DNA from: Phyllobates terribilis
Taxonomy: Eukaryota
Length of the DNA: 64,000 nt
NCBI RefSeq assembly: GCF_046119375.1
Contig: NW_027362765.1
Location: forward strand, 118,234,001-118,298,000
Direction of reading: 5' to 3'
This document shows positions 11,400 through 23,117 of this stretch, one piece after another. A program made the translations under genes and the position numbers. The notes beneath the pieces are model-generated. The model did no database searches, was not told the DNA's origin, and worked only from the letters and a program-made list of their open reading frames with translations. Position 1 is the stretch's first letter. Each line of letters opens with the position of its first letter.

Positions 11400-14300
11400 G
11401 CAGGGGGCACCATTAACAAGTAGGTTACTGCAACATCTAGTCCTTGACTGCTGCCTGTGACAGCACAATGATTAGGCGGTCCGTTCTTGGGTGAGAAGCT
11501 TTACTGCAAGGTTATCACTATAGCATTATATCTTTGGCATTGAAAAAGATAAAGCAACTTGATGATAGCCAAAACCACCACTGATCCCAAAAATTGGGCT
11601 CTGTGGTACTGTGTTAAATTGGAGCGATGGTGGAGGATTTGATTGTCTACGAGACCGCCAGAGATAGCCAAGTACGGTGCTCGGCTACTTCCGGCAGTCC
11701 CATACAGAACAAATGGAGCAGAGGTGTGCATGTGTGTCCGTCGCTCTATTCATATGGAGCCCTTGTGAGCCCGATTCTTGGAACCACTGGGGGCTCCAGC
11801 TGTAAAGGTCCCCATACACATTAGACTTAAGTCGGCTGAACTCACCGATATCAATGGGTTTGGCAGATGGGCTAATGTGTGTGGAGGCACCAGCCGAATG
11901 ATTGTCAGGAGATGTTGGTCGTACATGTCCGATTTCAGACTTTCAATCACATTGTTCTCACTGAGAACCTGCCAGCCGAAATGTGGTTTTCATATAGAGA
12001 GCTTAAGGGTATGTTCACACGTTCAGTATTTGGTTGCAGAAATTTCTGCATCTCTTGGCAGGAAAAACACATTGGCAAAAACGCACGTTTGACGCGTTTT
12101 TGCTTGCATTTTTTTTACCTGCGATTTTCTAGCATTTTGGGATGAGAAAACGTTGCAAAAAACGCTGGAAGAATTGACATGCTGCAGATTTTTTTCTGCA
12201 AGTCAGAAACGTGTGCGTGACACTTCGGATTCTCATTGACTTTGCCGGCATCAGAATTTCCGACAAATCTACAATCAAAAACGTGACGTGTGCACATAGC
12301 CTTAAAGTGCTTGGCTGAGCGAGCATTCCTGTATATGGGTGTGAAAGCTGAGATGGCTGCTGGCTGAACAATCAGCCAAAGCATTGCTCGGCTGACAGTC
12401 ATCTAAGGTGTATGGTTGGCCTAAGACCCCTAGCAATTTATCACCCATCTTGTGAATAAGTGATAACCCTTTAAATGGGCTTTTCATAGGATAGGGGATA
12501 GTTTGCTGAAAGCGAAGGGGTTAGACTGCTGGGTCCTCCACCGTTCCCAAAAACAGGGCTCTGCAGGGAGCAGTCTTGAAAGAATGGAGCGGAGGTGCAT
12601 ATGCTCAGCCTCCACTCAATGCATTATCAATGGGACTGCCAGAAATACTCAGCTTCCTCCGCTAGTCCCATAGACAACAAAAGGAGTGGAGGTTGAACAT
12701 GCGTACATCTGCTCCATTTTATAGACTGCCCCTGCACAAGGACTTCTCAGCGAACAGCATATTATACATTGGGAAAACCCCTTTAAAGATGACCAGAATG
12801 GTTGGTATCAGATCACAAAAATAGAATGTATTCATGGGTATGTAAACACGTCTCACATTGAAAAACCCATCTAAAAGATAACTTTTAATAGATTATTTTA
12901 ATGCAATGTCTTACAACTCACAAAAGACACCAAGTACCATAGAAACAGACACAAGTAAAAATGTGATCCATCCACTGGCAATCGACAGATAAATCACTTA
13001 TTATAAAGCAGTTTGTGGCACACGTGCAGATGACACCGAGAACCACTAACAAAATATCTCTCAATCATGATCCGTCCGCCTCTACCAGTGATAGATCACA
13101 GACATAAAATGCCACCAGGAATACCGTCAGTAGATAATGCTGGTATGTTGTGGCTCCAAANNNNNNNNNNNNNNNNNNNNNNNNNNNNNNNNNNNNNNNN
13201 NNNNNNNNNNNNNNNNNNNNNNNNNNNNNNNNNNNNNNNNNNNNNNNNNNNNNNNNNNNNNNNNNNNNNNNNNNNNNNNNNNNNNNNNNNNNNNNNNNNN
13301 NNNNNNNNNNNNNNNNNNNNNNNNNNNNNNNNNNNNNNNNNNNNNNNNNNNNNNNNTAAAAATCTCATTCCACTCCAAATTAGGAGTATAGATAAATACT
13401 TCCCCGACTGAGACACGGTGGCAGATAATTTCCCACATATATTACGATAAGAGATTACATACGGACACAGTAAAGATTACTCAGCTACTATCATCAATCA
13501 TTAGAATACGTAGCCAGAAGCTGATAAAGGTTGCACATGGATCCCTTCCACCATTCACATTAAACAGTACTAGATTTGCCCAAGCAGTTTGCCATAAAGT
13601 TAAGCCCCCGTCTCACATAGCGAGATCGCTAGTGAGATCGCTGCTGTGTCACGGTTTTGGTGACGCAACAGCGACCTCACCAGCGATGTCGCTATGTGTG
13701 ACACTTTGCAGCGATCAGGCCCCTGCTGTGAGGTCGCTGATCGCTGCAAAGTGTCCTGGACCATTTTTTGGTTGTTGCTCTCCCGCTGGTCAGCACACAT
13801 CGCTGTGTGTGACCAGCGGGAGCAGCGATCAGGCTGGTAACTATGGTAAACACCGGGTTACTAGGGGCACACGCGCACCTAGTAACCCGTTATTTATCAT
13901 GGTTACGAGCCTGCTAAAGTGAGCGTTAACCTCCCGCTCACCGTAGCAGAGTGGTAACCATGATAAACAACGGGTTACTAGGAGCACGTGTGCCCCTAGT
14001 AACCCGCTGTTTATCATGGTTACCAGCCTGCTCCTGCTTCAGCAGGCTTGTAACCAGGAGCAGGACATCGTGGAAAGATTCTTTCCACGATGTCGCTGCT
14101 CCCCTGATCGTTGGTGAGCCTGCCTGTTTGACAGCTCTCCAGCGACCACATAGCGACGCAGCAACGATCCCTGACAGGTCGTATCGTTGTCGGGATTGTT
14201 GCAGCGTCGCTAAGTGTGACCGGGCCTTTAGAGTGCAAGATTTTCAACTTATCTCAGTATGTGGGAATCCTGCCTCCCCTGTCAGTCGTGGGGTTCCACA

Positions 14301-17300
14301 ATCCTCAACGCGTTTCCCCATATCGTTTTAGGTTCATCAGGAGGAAAAATTAGAACAAGTGTGATTAGGTGTCCTGCCGATAACCTGCAGTCCATTTAAT
14401 GCTATCCCTCTCCCTCTTAATATATCCACCTCTACAGATGTATTTAATTAGAGTCCACTCCCCCAAACACAGAGGTAAGTATCCCCCATTGATATCAATC
14501 GCGTGCTTGTCCTTCCCTCCTCTAGTGCGTATGTCTGTAAACCCGACATCCACTAGAGGTACTTCGGGTGTACTGCGCACGTGCGAGTGCAGTGTCTGAC
14601 GTCAGGCATTCAGACACGCCTCCACTCTAGAGGAATTCACGGGATCGCCGCACACAGTGAAGTCCGCGCATGCGCACCCGTCCACACAGATAAAGCGGAC
14701 GGAGAACACTGCGCAGGTACCCCAATGTGGTGCAGCCAAACATACTGGATCAAAGCACCCCACAGACATTGGATTCAGGGGAACAGTTGATTACCGCCCC
14801 AGCATTATATCACAAAGGTCTATGGTGTGTGTGTATACCAACCGATATTCAATTCTAAAAGGCAGGCAGAAAAAAAGGGGGATACATTCCAGCAGTTCCA
14901 AAAGCCGCATAACAGGAAAGGGGGAAAAATCATGCATTCCACTAATTTATATAAAGGGGAATATATGTGGGAACAGGAGGGTTAAAGAGGGCATGTACTG
15001 GGTGTCTGAGTTATAATAGAACCTCTGATATAGACAATGATAAACAATAAACTTATCCACGATAGTCAAAATAGAATTAGACATTTAACCATGCTGGCTG
15101 GTGATTGTAGTCCCTATCAATCAGATAAAGCAGCAATAATTCTGTTGTTCATTGAGACCATTCGGAGTCAAAGCGCCGAATCTAAAAATCCATTGCCATT
15201 CTTTTTGGAGTAACAACCTGTTCCAATCACCCCCCCCCTCTCATTTTTTCGGATAACCTCTATAACACAGAAGGAGACCGCATTTATGTTATTAGAATGC
15301 AGTTCCCTAATGTGCCGAGCCATGGGTGTGTCTCTCCTGTGCCGTATGTCCCCAAGATGTTCACCAATCCGTCTCCGTAGTTCCCTTTTGGTTTTACCAA
15401 TGTAAATCTTGGGGCAGGGGCACATAGCCATGTAAATTACCCCTTCTGTTTTACAATTGGCAAAATCCCTCATGAAAAAAAACTTTTCCCACCTTACTGC
15501 CAGTGAAATTCTTAGATGGTCTCAGCCACAGACAGAATTTACAATTTCCGCATCTAAAAGTACCACAGGTCCTACGTTCAAGCCAGGATCCCTGTCTGGC
15601 CGGCCGCTTATATAAACTGTGGACCAAACAGTCCTGTAGTGACCGTCCCTTCCTATAGGTAACACTTGAATGCTCAGCAATGAATCCTTTGAGGTCAGGG
15701 TCCATCCCAAGAACCCCCCAGTGCGTACGTACAATGTTCATCACCTCACTCGCCCTGTTATCAAAAGTGCCAATAATTCTGGGCGGACCACTGGTTTCCT
15801 CTCTCCTATCTGCTGGGTATAATAATCTTTGTCTATCCTGGCCATTGGCATGGAGAAAGGCCGTTTCAATAACCTTTTCGGGATACCCCGTTCCTGAAAC
15901 GATCCCTTAATTCACGGGATTGAGACAAACACTCCTTGACTGGAACAGTTCCTCCTTATACGTAGGAACTATCCCTTGGGTATACCTCTCTTCAAGGGAC
16001 CCGGATGATGGCTTTCCCACCTGAGAAAACTGTTTGCTGCGGTCGGTTTTCGGAAGGTTCGGGTTGTGATGAAACCATCCTGGTCTCTCCCAATTGTTAA
16101 ATCAAGAAAAGTCAACTCGTCCCCCGTGATTTCAGATGTAAACCTCATATTAATTTCATTAGTATTGAGGCACTGTATGAATTTTTGGAAATCATCTAGT
16201 GATCCCAACCAGAGGAGAAAGACGTCGTCGATAAATCTAGACCATAGCAAAATAAATGGGAACCACCAAGCTTCCTCCCGCAACACCACAGTCTCCTCCC
16301 ACCAGCCCAGGAAGAGATTAGCATACGATGGGGCTGAGGGGCTCGCCATCGCAGTCCCCCTGAGCTGGTGGTAGTTTTGCCATTGAAGGAGAAATGATTG
16401 TGGGCGAGTATGAATGACATCAGATTACACACAAATCGATTATGTGTGGCAAACGGTGTTGCCCTTGTCCCGAAAAAATGTTGTAACCCTCTAAGGCCCG
16501 CCCCATGTGGTATGTTGCTGTAAAGGGCTTCCACATCAATGGATGCAAAGAATATCCCATTATTCACACCAATCCCCTCAAGTTTGACCAATAGATCGGA
16601 CGTGTCCCTCAGATATGACGGTAACGAGGACACGAACGGTCGGAGTACTTTATCAACATATACTCCCAGGTTCTGGCATAAGGAGCCCACCCCTGACACA
16701 ATAGGACGACCCTTAAGGGGGTTTGTACCCTTATGTAACTTAGGGAGGGCATAAAACGTAGGGGTGACAGGATGGACCGGTAGAAGGAACTCATTCATTT
16801 TTAGATATCACCCTAGCTTCAAGATTTTCAATCAATATTGAGGTTAGTGTCTCAAGATATTGAGGAGTAGGGTCAATTTTTAGGATCTCATAAGTATCCT
16901 TATCTCCCAATATTACTTGACACATGGAGAGGTAGAGAGGGTGGTTAAGGATCACCAGGTTACCCCCTTTATCTGAGGGTTTAATAATCAGTTCCTGGTT
17001 TTCTTCCAGTTTCCTCATTGCTTCAGATTGAGTAGCAGATAAATTGGATCTGAACGCCGTCACTTTGGGGGTACTCATCTTAGAGAGATCATTCTCCACT
17101 AGTTTCAGAAAAATATCGATGCTGTCCACATCACCAGAGGGAGGGGGGGGGGGGTAGTTTTGTGCTTTTCCTCTTTAGTTCAGTGAAGGGTCCTAAGCCA
17201 CTAGGTTCCTCATTCTCATTTAGAAGATCAGTCAAGGTTTCCAAAGCTGTGAGTTCATCCTCACTTATCCCCAATTTTTGGCTTTTCTCCTTATTTTGTT

Positions 17301-20300
17301 GTTTGTAAAACTTGTGCCATTTTAGCTTCCGCCCAAATAGATTGATGTCTTTTACCCACGTAAAGGAGTTATAGGGAGTAGTCGGGACAAATGATAACCC
17401 CTTGTAAAGTACTTTCATTTCTTCCTGTGTCAGCCTATATTGGGTCAGATTGACAATTTGACTAGTTGGCCCCTCTATTGGTTTCTGTTTCTCAGCTGAT
17501 AACCAACCGGGGCCCTCTGCTTCAAAAAAGAAGCAGATGAGGACGAGGCTGGTGATCCTGATTCCCGTGCTCCTCCCGTTCCCATTGTTTTCAAAAGTCC
17601 TGGGGATTCGGGTGTCATGTTCTGAAAGGGGTTCCCCACATCCCTCTGAGCTCCATGGTCCAACCACCTTCCTCCTCGCCCTCTCCATCTATTTTTCTGA
17701 ATCCTCTCCCTCTCTGTCTCCACCTACCCCTTGAGTTGGATCTTTCTCTGTCTCAGCTTTCGGCTTCAGAGGATGATATACAAGTACTCACACCTATTGT
17801 TGAAGCCGTGTAATTATAAGCGCCATTATCTTTGAAGTCATTAAAGTCTCTCACAAACTGATTGTGTTTTCTATCCTTGATGATGGCCTGAAAAAAGAAT
17901 GGTTGGTACTCAACACTAAGGAAAATCGATGGAATCAGTACAGAAACGCTGATCACCAGGCCCACAGCCACTGTTCACCTTCATGGGGCAGCTCTTCTTA
18001 TCAGGGCTCCTCTGAGCAGCCGCAGTAAAGCAGTAAGCCACACGCTTCTCCGCCGGCCAGTACTTGGCAGCAAACTTCTCCATGAAGTCCTCCATACTCA
18101 TCACTCTGTGGTACTGGCTGAGGGGGGCCAGCTGGAAATATTCTGCAAAAGACACATGCACCTGCAGAAAAGCCCAAGGACACCAATTAGTGTGAAGGGA
18201 TCCTCTACAACCCCCCGATCATTACAGCAACACCCACAACATAAACAGCTAAATAGATGCCAGAGAGGCTGAAAAGATCATCGATTCCTGCTCACTCACA
18301 TTGGTGTATGGAGGACGATGGTGGTTGTAAACAATCCACGGAGGGACGACCAGCGTCCGATTCACCATCTTGGCAAAGGCTAAAGAGCCGAGGAAGTGAT
18401 CCGCCTGATTGCCAAACCGCCCTGCACAAAGAAACGCAACCACTAATAAATTAAATCATGATATCATGGCTTCTACACGCCGCCGCACCCAAAAACTCCC
18501 CCTAATGCTTATATGTCAATGCTGAAACACTCAGTGCTGCTGTGGTATGCACTGCTCACATCTACTGCCTCTGTACAATGTACACACCACAGACTCCATA
18601 ACATGGAGAATATCTAGCAGCTATGAAATCTGTGTTTTTGGAGCAGGCAGAGAATTGGCAGCTGAGCACTGCAGGACTGGGTGGAGATGCCCCTGGGGTA
18701 AGAAGAGATCAGGGAGGAGGAGGACTAAACATCATCACTGCTGAGTAAAAGAGAATATGAGACTTTGGAGAAGCTGTCCCTACCCAAGAAAGAAGTGTAG
18801 AGAGTGCCCCCTACTGCTCTTTGTAATTGCTCTGTGCACAGGATGCCCCCCCCCCCCCCCCCCGTATACAGGGCTCGGCGCACAGGGTCTCCCCCCCCGT
18901 ATACAGGGCTCGGCGCACAGGGTCTCCCCTCTCGTATACAGGGCTCGGCGCACAGGGTCTCCCCTCTCGCATACAGGGCTCGGCGCACAGGGTCTCCCCT
19001 CTCGCATACAGGGCTCGGCGCACAGGGTCTCCCCTCTCGCATACAGGGCTCGGCGCACAGGGTCTCCCCTCTCCTCCCGTAAACAGGGCTCGGCACACAG
19101 GGTCTCCCCTCTCCTCCCGTATACAGGGCTCGGCGCACAGGGTCTCCCCTCTCCTCCCGTATACAGGGCTCGGCGCACAGGGTCTCCCCTCTAGTATACA
19201 GGGCTCGGCGCACAGGGTCTCCCCTCTAGTATACAGGGCTCGGCGCACAGGGTCTCCCCTCTCGCATACAGGGCTCGGCGCACAGGGTCTCCCCTCTCCT
19301 CCCGTATCCAGGGTTCGGCGCACAGGGTCTCCCCTCTCGCATACAGGGCTCGGCGCACAGGGTCTCCCCTCCCGCATACAGGGCCTCCCCTCCCGTATAC
19401 AGGGCTCGGCGCACAGGGTCTTCCCTCTCCTCCCGTATACAGGGCTCGGCGCACAGGGTCTCCCCTCTCCTCCCGTATACAGGGCTCGGCGCACAGGGTC
19501 TCCCCTCTCCTCCCGTATACAGGGCTCGGCGCACAGGGTCTCCCCTCTCCTCCCGTATACAGGGCTCGGCGCACAGGGTCTCCCCTCTCGTATACAGGGC
19601 TCGGCGCACAGGGTCTCCCCTCTCGCATACAGGGCTCGGCGCACAGGGTCTCCCCTCTCGCATACAGGGCTCGGCGCACAGGGTCTCCCCTCTCCTCCCG
19701 TAAACAGGGCTCGGCACACAGGGTCTCCCCTCTCCTCCCGTATACAGGGCTCGGCGCACAGGGTCTCCCCTCTCCTCCCGTATACAGGGCTCGGCGCACA
19801 GGGTCTCCGTTCTCGTATACAGGGTTCAGCGCACAGGGTCTCCGTTCTCGTATACAGGGCTCGGCGCACAGGGTCTCCCCTCTCGTATACAGGATTCGGC
19901 GCACAGGGTCTCCCCTCTCCTCCCGTATACAGGGCTCGGCGCACAGGGTCTCCCCTCTCCTCCCGTATACAGGGCTCGGCGCACAGGGTCTCCCCTCTCC
20001 TCCCGTATACAGGGCTCGGCGCACAGGGTCTCCCCTCTCCTCCCGTATACAGGGCTCGGCGCACAGGGTCTCCCCCCCCGTATACAGGGCTCGGCGCACA
20101 GGGTCTCCCCCCCCGTATACAGGGCTCGGCGCACAGGGTCTCCCCTCTCGCATACAGGGCTCGGCGCACAGGGTCTCCCCTCTCGCATACAGGGCTCGGC
20201 GCACAGGGTCTCCCCTCTCGCATACAGGGCTCGGCGCACAGGGTCTCCCCTCTCCTCCCGTAAACAGGGCTCGGCACACAGGGTCTCCCCTCTCCTCCCG

Positions 20301-23117
20301 TATACAGGGCTCGGCGCACAGGGTCTCCCCTCTCCTCCCGTATACAGGGCTCGGCGCACAGGGTCTCCCCTCTAGTATACAGGGCTCGGCGCACAGGGTC
20401 TCCCCTCTAGTATACAGGGCTCGGCGCACAGGGTCTCCCCTCTCGCATACAGGGCTCGGCGCACAGGGTCTCCCCTCTCCTCCCGTATCCAGGGTTCGGC
20501 GCACAGGGTCTCCCCTCTCGCATACAGGGCTCGGCGCACAGGGTCTCCCCTCCCGCATACAGGGCCTCCCCTCCCGTATACAGGGCTCGGCGCACAGGGT
20601 CTTCCCTCTCCTCCCGTATACAGGGCTCGGCGCACAGGGTCTCCCCTCTCCTCCCGTATACAGGGCTCGGCGCACAGGGTCTCCCCTCTCCTCCCGTATA
20701 CAGGGCTCGGCGCACAGGGTCTCCCCTCTCCTCCCGTATACAGGGCTCGGCGCACAGGGTCTCCCCTCTAGTATCCAGGGCTCGGCGCACAGGGTCTCCC
20801 CTCTCCTCCCGTATCCAGGGCTCGGCGCACAGGGTCTCCCCTCTCCTCCCGTATCCAGGGCTCGGCGCACAGGGTCTCCCCTCTCCTCCCGTATCCAGGG
20901 CTCGGCGCACAGGGTCTCCCCTCTCCTCCCGTATCCAGGGCTCGGCGCACAGGGTCTCCCCTCTCCTCCCGTATCCAGGGCTCGGCGCACAGGGTCTCCC
21001 CTCTCCTCCCGTATCCAGGGCTCGGCGCACAGGGTCTCCCCTCTCCTCCCGTATCCAGGGCTCGGCGCACAGGGTCTCCCCTCTCCTCCCGTATACAGGG
21101 CTCGGCGCACAGGGTCTCCCCTCTCGTATACAGGGCTCGGCGCACAGGGTCTCCCCTCTCCTCCCGTATACAGGGCTCGGCGCACAGGGTCTCCCCTCTC
21201 CTCCCGTATACAGGGCTCGGCGCACAGGGTCTCCCCTCTCGTATACAGGGCTCGGCGCACAGGGTCTCCCCTCTCCTCCCGTATACAGGGCTCGGCGCAC
21301 AGGGTCTCCCCTCTCCTCCCGTATACAGGGCTCGGCGCACAGGGTCTCCCCTCTCCTCCCGTATACAGGGCTCGGCGCACAGGGTCTCCGTTCTCGTATA
21401 CAGGGTTCGGCGCACAGGGTCTCCGTTCTCGTATACAGGGCTCGGCGCACAGGGTCTCCGTTCTCGTATACAGGGCTCGGCGCACAGGGTCTCCGTTCTC
21501 GTATACAGGGCTCGGCGCACAGGGTCTCCGTTCTCGTATACAGGGCTCGGCGCACAGGGTCTCCGTTCTCGTATACAGGGCTCGGCGCACAGGGTCTCCG
21601 TTCTCGTATACAGGGCTCGGCGCACAGGGTCTCCGTTCTCGTATACAGGGCTCGGCGCACAGGGTCTCCGTTCTCGTATACAGGGCTCGGCGCACAGGGT
21701 CTCCGTTCTCGTATACAGGGTTCGGCGCACAGGGTCTCCGTTCTCGTATACAGGGCTCGGCGCACAGGGTCTCCCCTCTCGTATACAGGGCTCGGCGCAC
21801 AGGGTCTCCCCTCTCGTATACAGGGCTCGGCGCACAGGGTCTCCCCTCTCCTCCCGTATACAGGGCTCGGCGCACAGGGTCTCCCCTCTCCTCCCGTATA
21901 CAGGGCTCGGCGCACAGGGTCTCCCCTCTCGTATACAGGGCTCGGCGCACAGGGTCTCCCCTCTCCTCCCGTATACAGGGCTCGGCGCACAGGGTCTCCC
22001 CTCTCCTCCCGTATACAGGGCTCGGCGCACAGGGTCTCCCCTCTCGTATACAGGGTTCGGCGCACAGGGTCTCCCCTCTCGTATACAGGGCTCGGCGCAC
22101 AGGGTCTCCGTTCTCGTATACAGGGTTCGGCGCACAGGGTCTCCGTTCTCGTATACAGGGCTCGGCGCACAGGGTCTCCCCTCTCGTATACAGGATTCGG
22201 CGCACAGGGTCTCCCCTCTCCTCCCGTATACAGGGCTCGGCGCACAGGGTCTCCCCTCTCCTCCCGTATACAGGGCTCGGCGCACAGGGTCTCCCCTCTC
22301 CTCCCGTATACAGGGCTCGGCGCACAGGGTCTCCCCTCTCCTCCCGTATACAGGGCTCGGCGCACAGGGTCTCCGTTCTCGTATACAGGGTTCGGCGCAC
22401 AGGGTCTCCGTTCTCGTATACAGGGTTCGGCGCACAGGGTCTCCGTTCTCGTATACAGGGCTCGGCGCACAGGGTCTCCGTTCTCGTATACAGGGCTCGG
22501 CGCACAGGGTCTCCGTTCTCGTATACAGGGCTCGGCGCACAGGGTCTCCGTTCTCGTATACAGGGCTCGGCGCACAGGGTCTCCGTTCTCGTATACAGGG
22601 CTCGGCGCACAGGGTCTCCGTTCTCGTATACAGGGCTCGGCGCACAGGGTCTCCGTTCTCGTATACAGGGCTCGGCGCACAGGGTCTCCGTTCCTCGTAT
22701 ACAGGGCTCGGCGCACAGGGTCTCCGTTCTCGTATACAGGGCTCGGCGCACAGGGTCTCCGTTCTCGTATACAGGGTTCGGCGCACAGGGTCTCCGTTCT
22801 CGTATACAGGGTTCGGCGCACAGGGTCTCCGTTCTCGTATACAGGGCTCGGCGCACAGGGTCTCCGTTCTCGTATACAGGGCTCGGCGCACAGGGTCTCC
22901 CCTCCCGTATACAGGGCTCGGTGCACAGGGTCTCCCCTCCCGTATACAGGGCTCGGTGCACAGGGTCTCCCCCGGACTCACCCATGCAGGGACAGTACAG
23001 CAGATACCCGGCCGGGTCCCATTCCCTCTCTGCCAGGTGCAGTTCTGGGAGTATAAGGAGCAGGAGGAAACTCAGCGGCTTCATGACGGCCGGAAGCAAT
23101 CCCCCGTGCGCCGCCAT
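8637..23117 (-). CDS. POFUT1: GDP-fucose protein O-fucosyltransferase 1, 7 coding exons, 392 aa
   Basis: Exons on minus strand: 23117-22982, 18421-18300, 18161-17979, 10023-9911, 9740-9548, 9302-9060, 8825-8637 (1179 nt). All introns GT-AG with consistent phases. Recognisable peptides: [97 protein letters not shown]-terminal signal peptide; C-terminus PDEL. Confidence 0.98.
10102..10302. other. Assembly gap (~200 N)
   Basis: Run of N. Confidence 1.
10303..11325 (+). mobile_element. Internally deleted Tc1-like transposon
   Basis: Long inverted ends (10303-10550 vs 11180-11325; the right copy has an internal deletion). ORF 10791-11219 joins HTH/GRPR motifs directly to FQQDNDPKH and [12 protein letters not shown]. 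Left tip is in an assembly gap; right end runs into (TA)n. Confidence 0.9.
11325..11394. repeat. (TA)n microsatellite at the Tc1 target site
   Basis: About 35 TA units directly after the Tc1 right end. Confidence 0.95.
12007..12301. mobile_element. TTAA-flanked MITE nested in an older MITE (~11800-12425)
   Basis: TTAA on both sides; TIR GGGTATGTTCACACG / CGTGTGCACATAGCC. Confidence 0.75.
13161..13356. other. Assembly gap (~196 N)
   Basis: Run of N. Confidence 1.
13604..14226. mobile_element. Palindromic TTAA-type (T2/Kolobok-like) MITE
   Basis: TTAA at the left, TTTA at the right. Imperfect TIR GCCCCCGTCTCACATAGCGA / TCGCTAAGTGTGACCGGGCC; mirrored internal hairpins. Confidence 0.75.
14250..17890 (-). 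mobile_element. Penelope-like retroelement (RT + GIY-YIG endonuclease), 5'-truncated and frameshifted, in POFUT1 intron 3
   Basis: Consecutive minus-strand ORF pieces. N-terminal [13 protein letters not shown]; RT motifs [67 protein letters not shown]; linker CGNCKFC; endonuclease [34 protein letters not shown]; terminal [15 protein letters not shown] with stop at 15121. 3' UTR carries a hammerhead. The Cys linker suggests the Neptune clade (tentative). Confidence 0.93.
14302..14345 (-). ncRNA. Minimal type I hammerhead ribozyme motif
   Basis: Minus strand reads TCCTC CTGATGA A CCTA AAACGATA TGGG GAAA CGCG TT GAGGA: 5-bp stem I, intact core, 4-bp stem II, palindromic CGCG stem III. Located in the 3' part of a Penelope element. 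Confidence 0.8.
18860..22972. repeat. GC-rich 35/40-bp minisatellite, ~4.1 kb, filling POFUT1 intron 1
   Basis: Core CGTATACAGGGCTCGGCGCACAGGGTCTCC with CCTCT, CCTCTCCTCC or GTTCT linkers; roughly 110 copies. Confidence 0.97.

Noticed and set aside
9929-13438. ORFs containing long X runs
   Set aside because: They merely span the two assembly gaps.
18860-22972. PLAG1 bipartite site GRGGC(N6-8)RGGK in the intron 1 repeat unit
   Set aside because: Best match is AGGGC with a 9-10 nt spacer, which fails both core and spacing.
18725-22981. Many long ORFs (up to 1335 aa) on both strands
   Set aside because: Translations of a stop-poor minisatellite; only the first 45 codons from 23117 are genuine POFUT1 exon 1.
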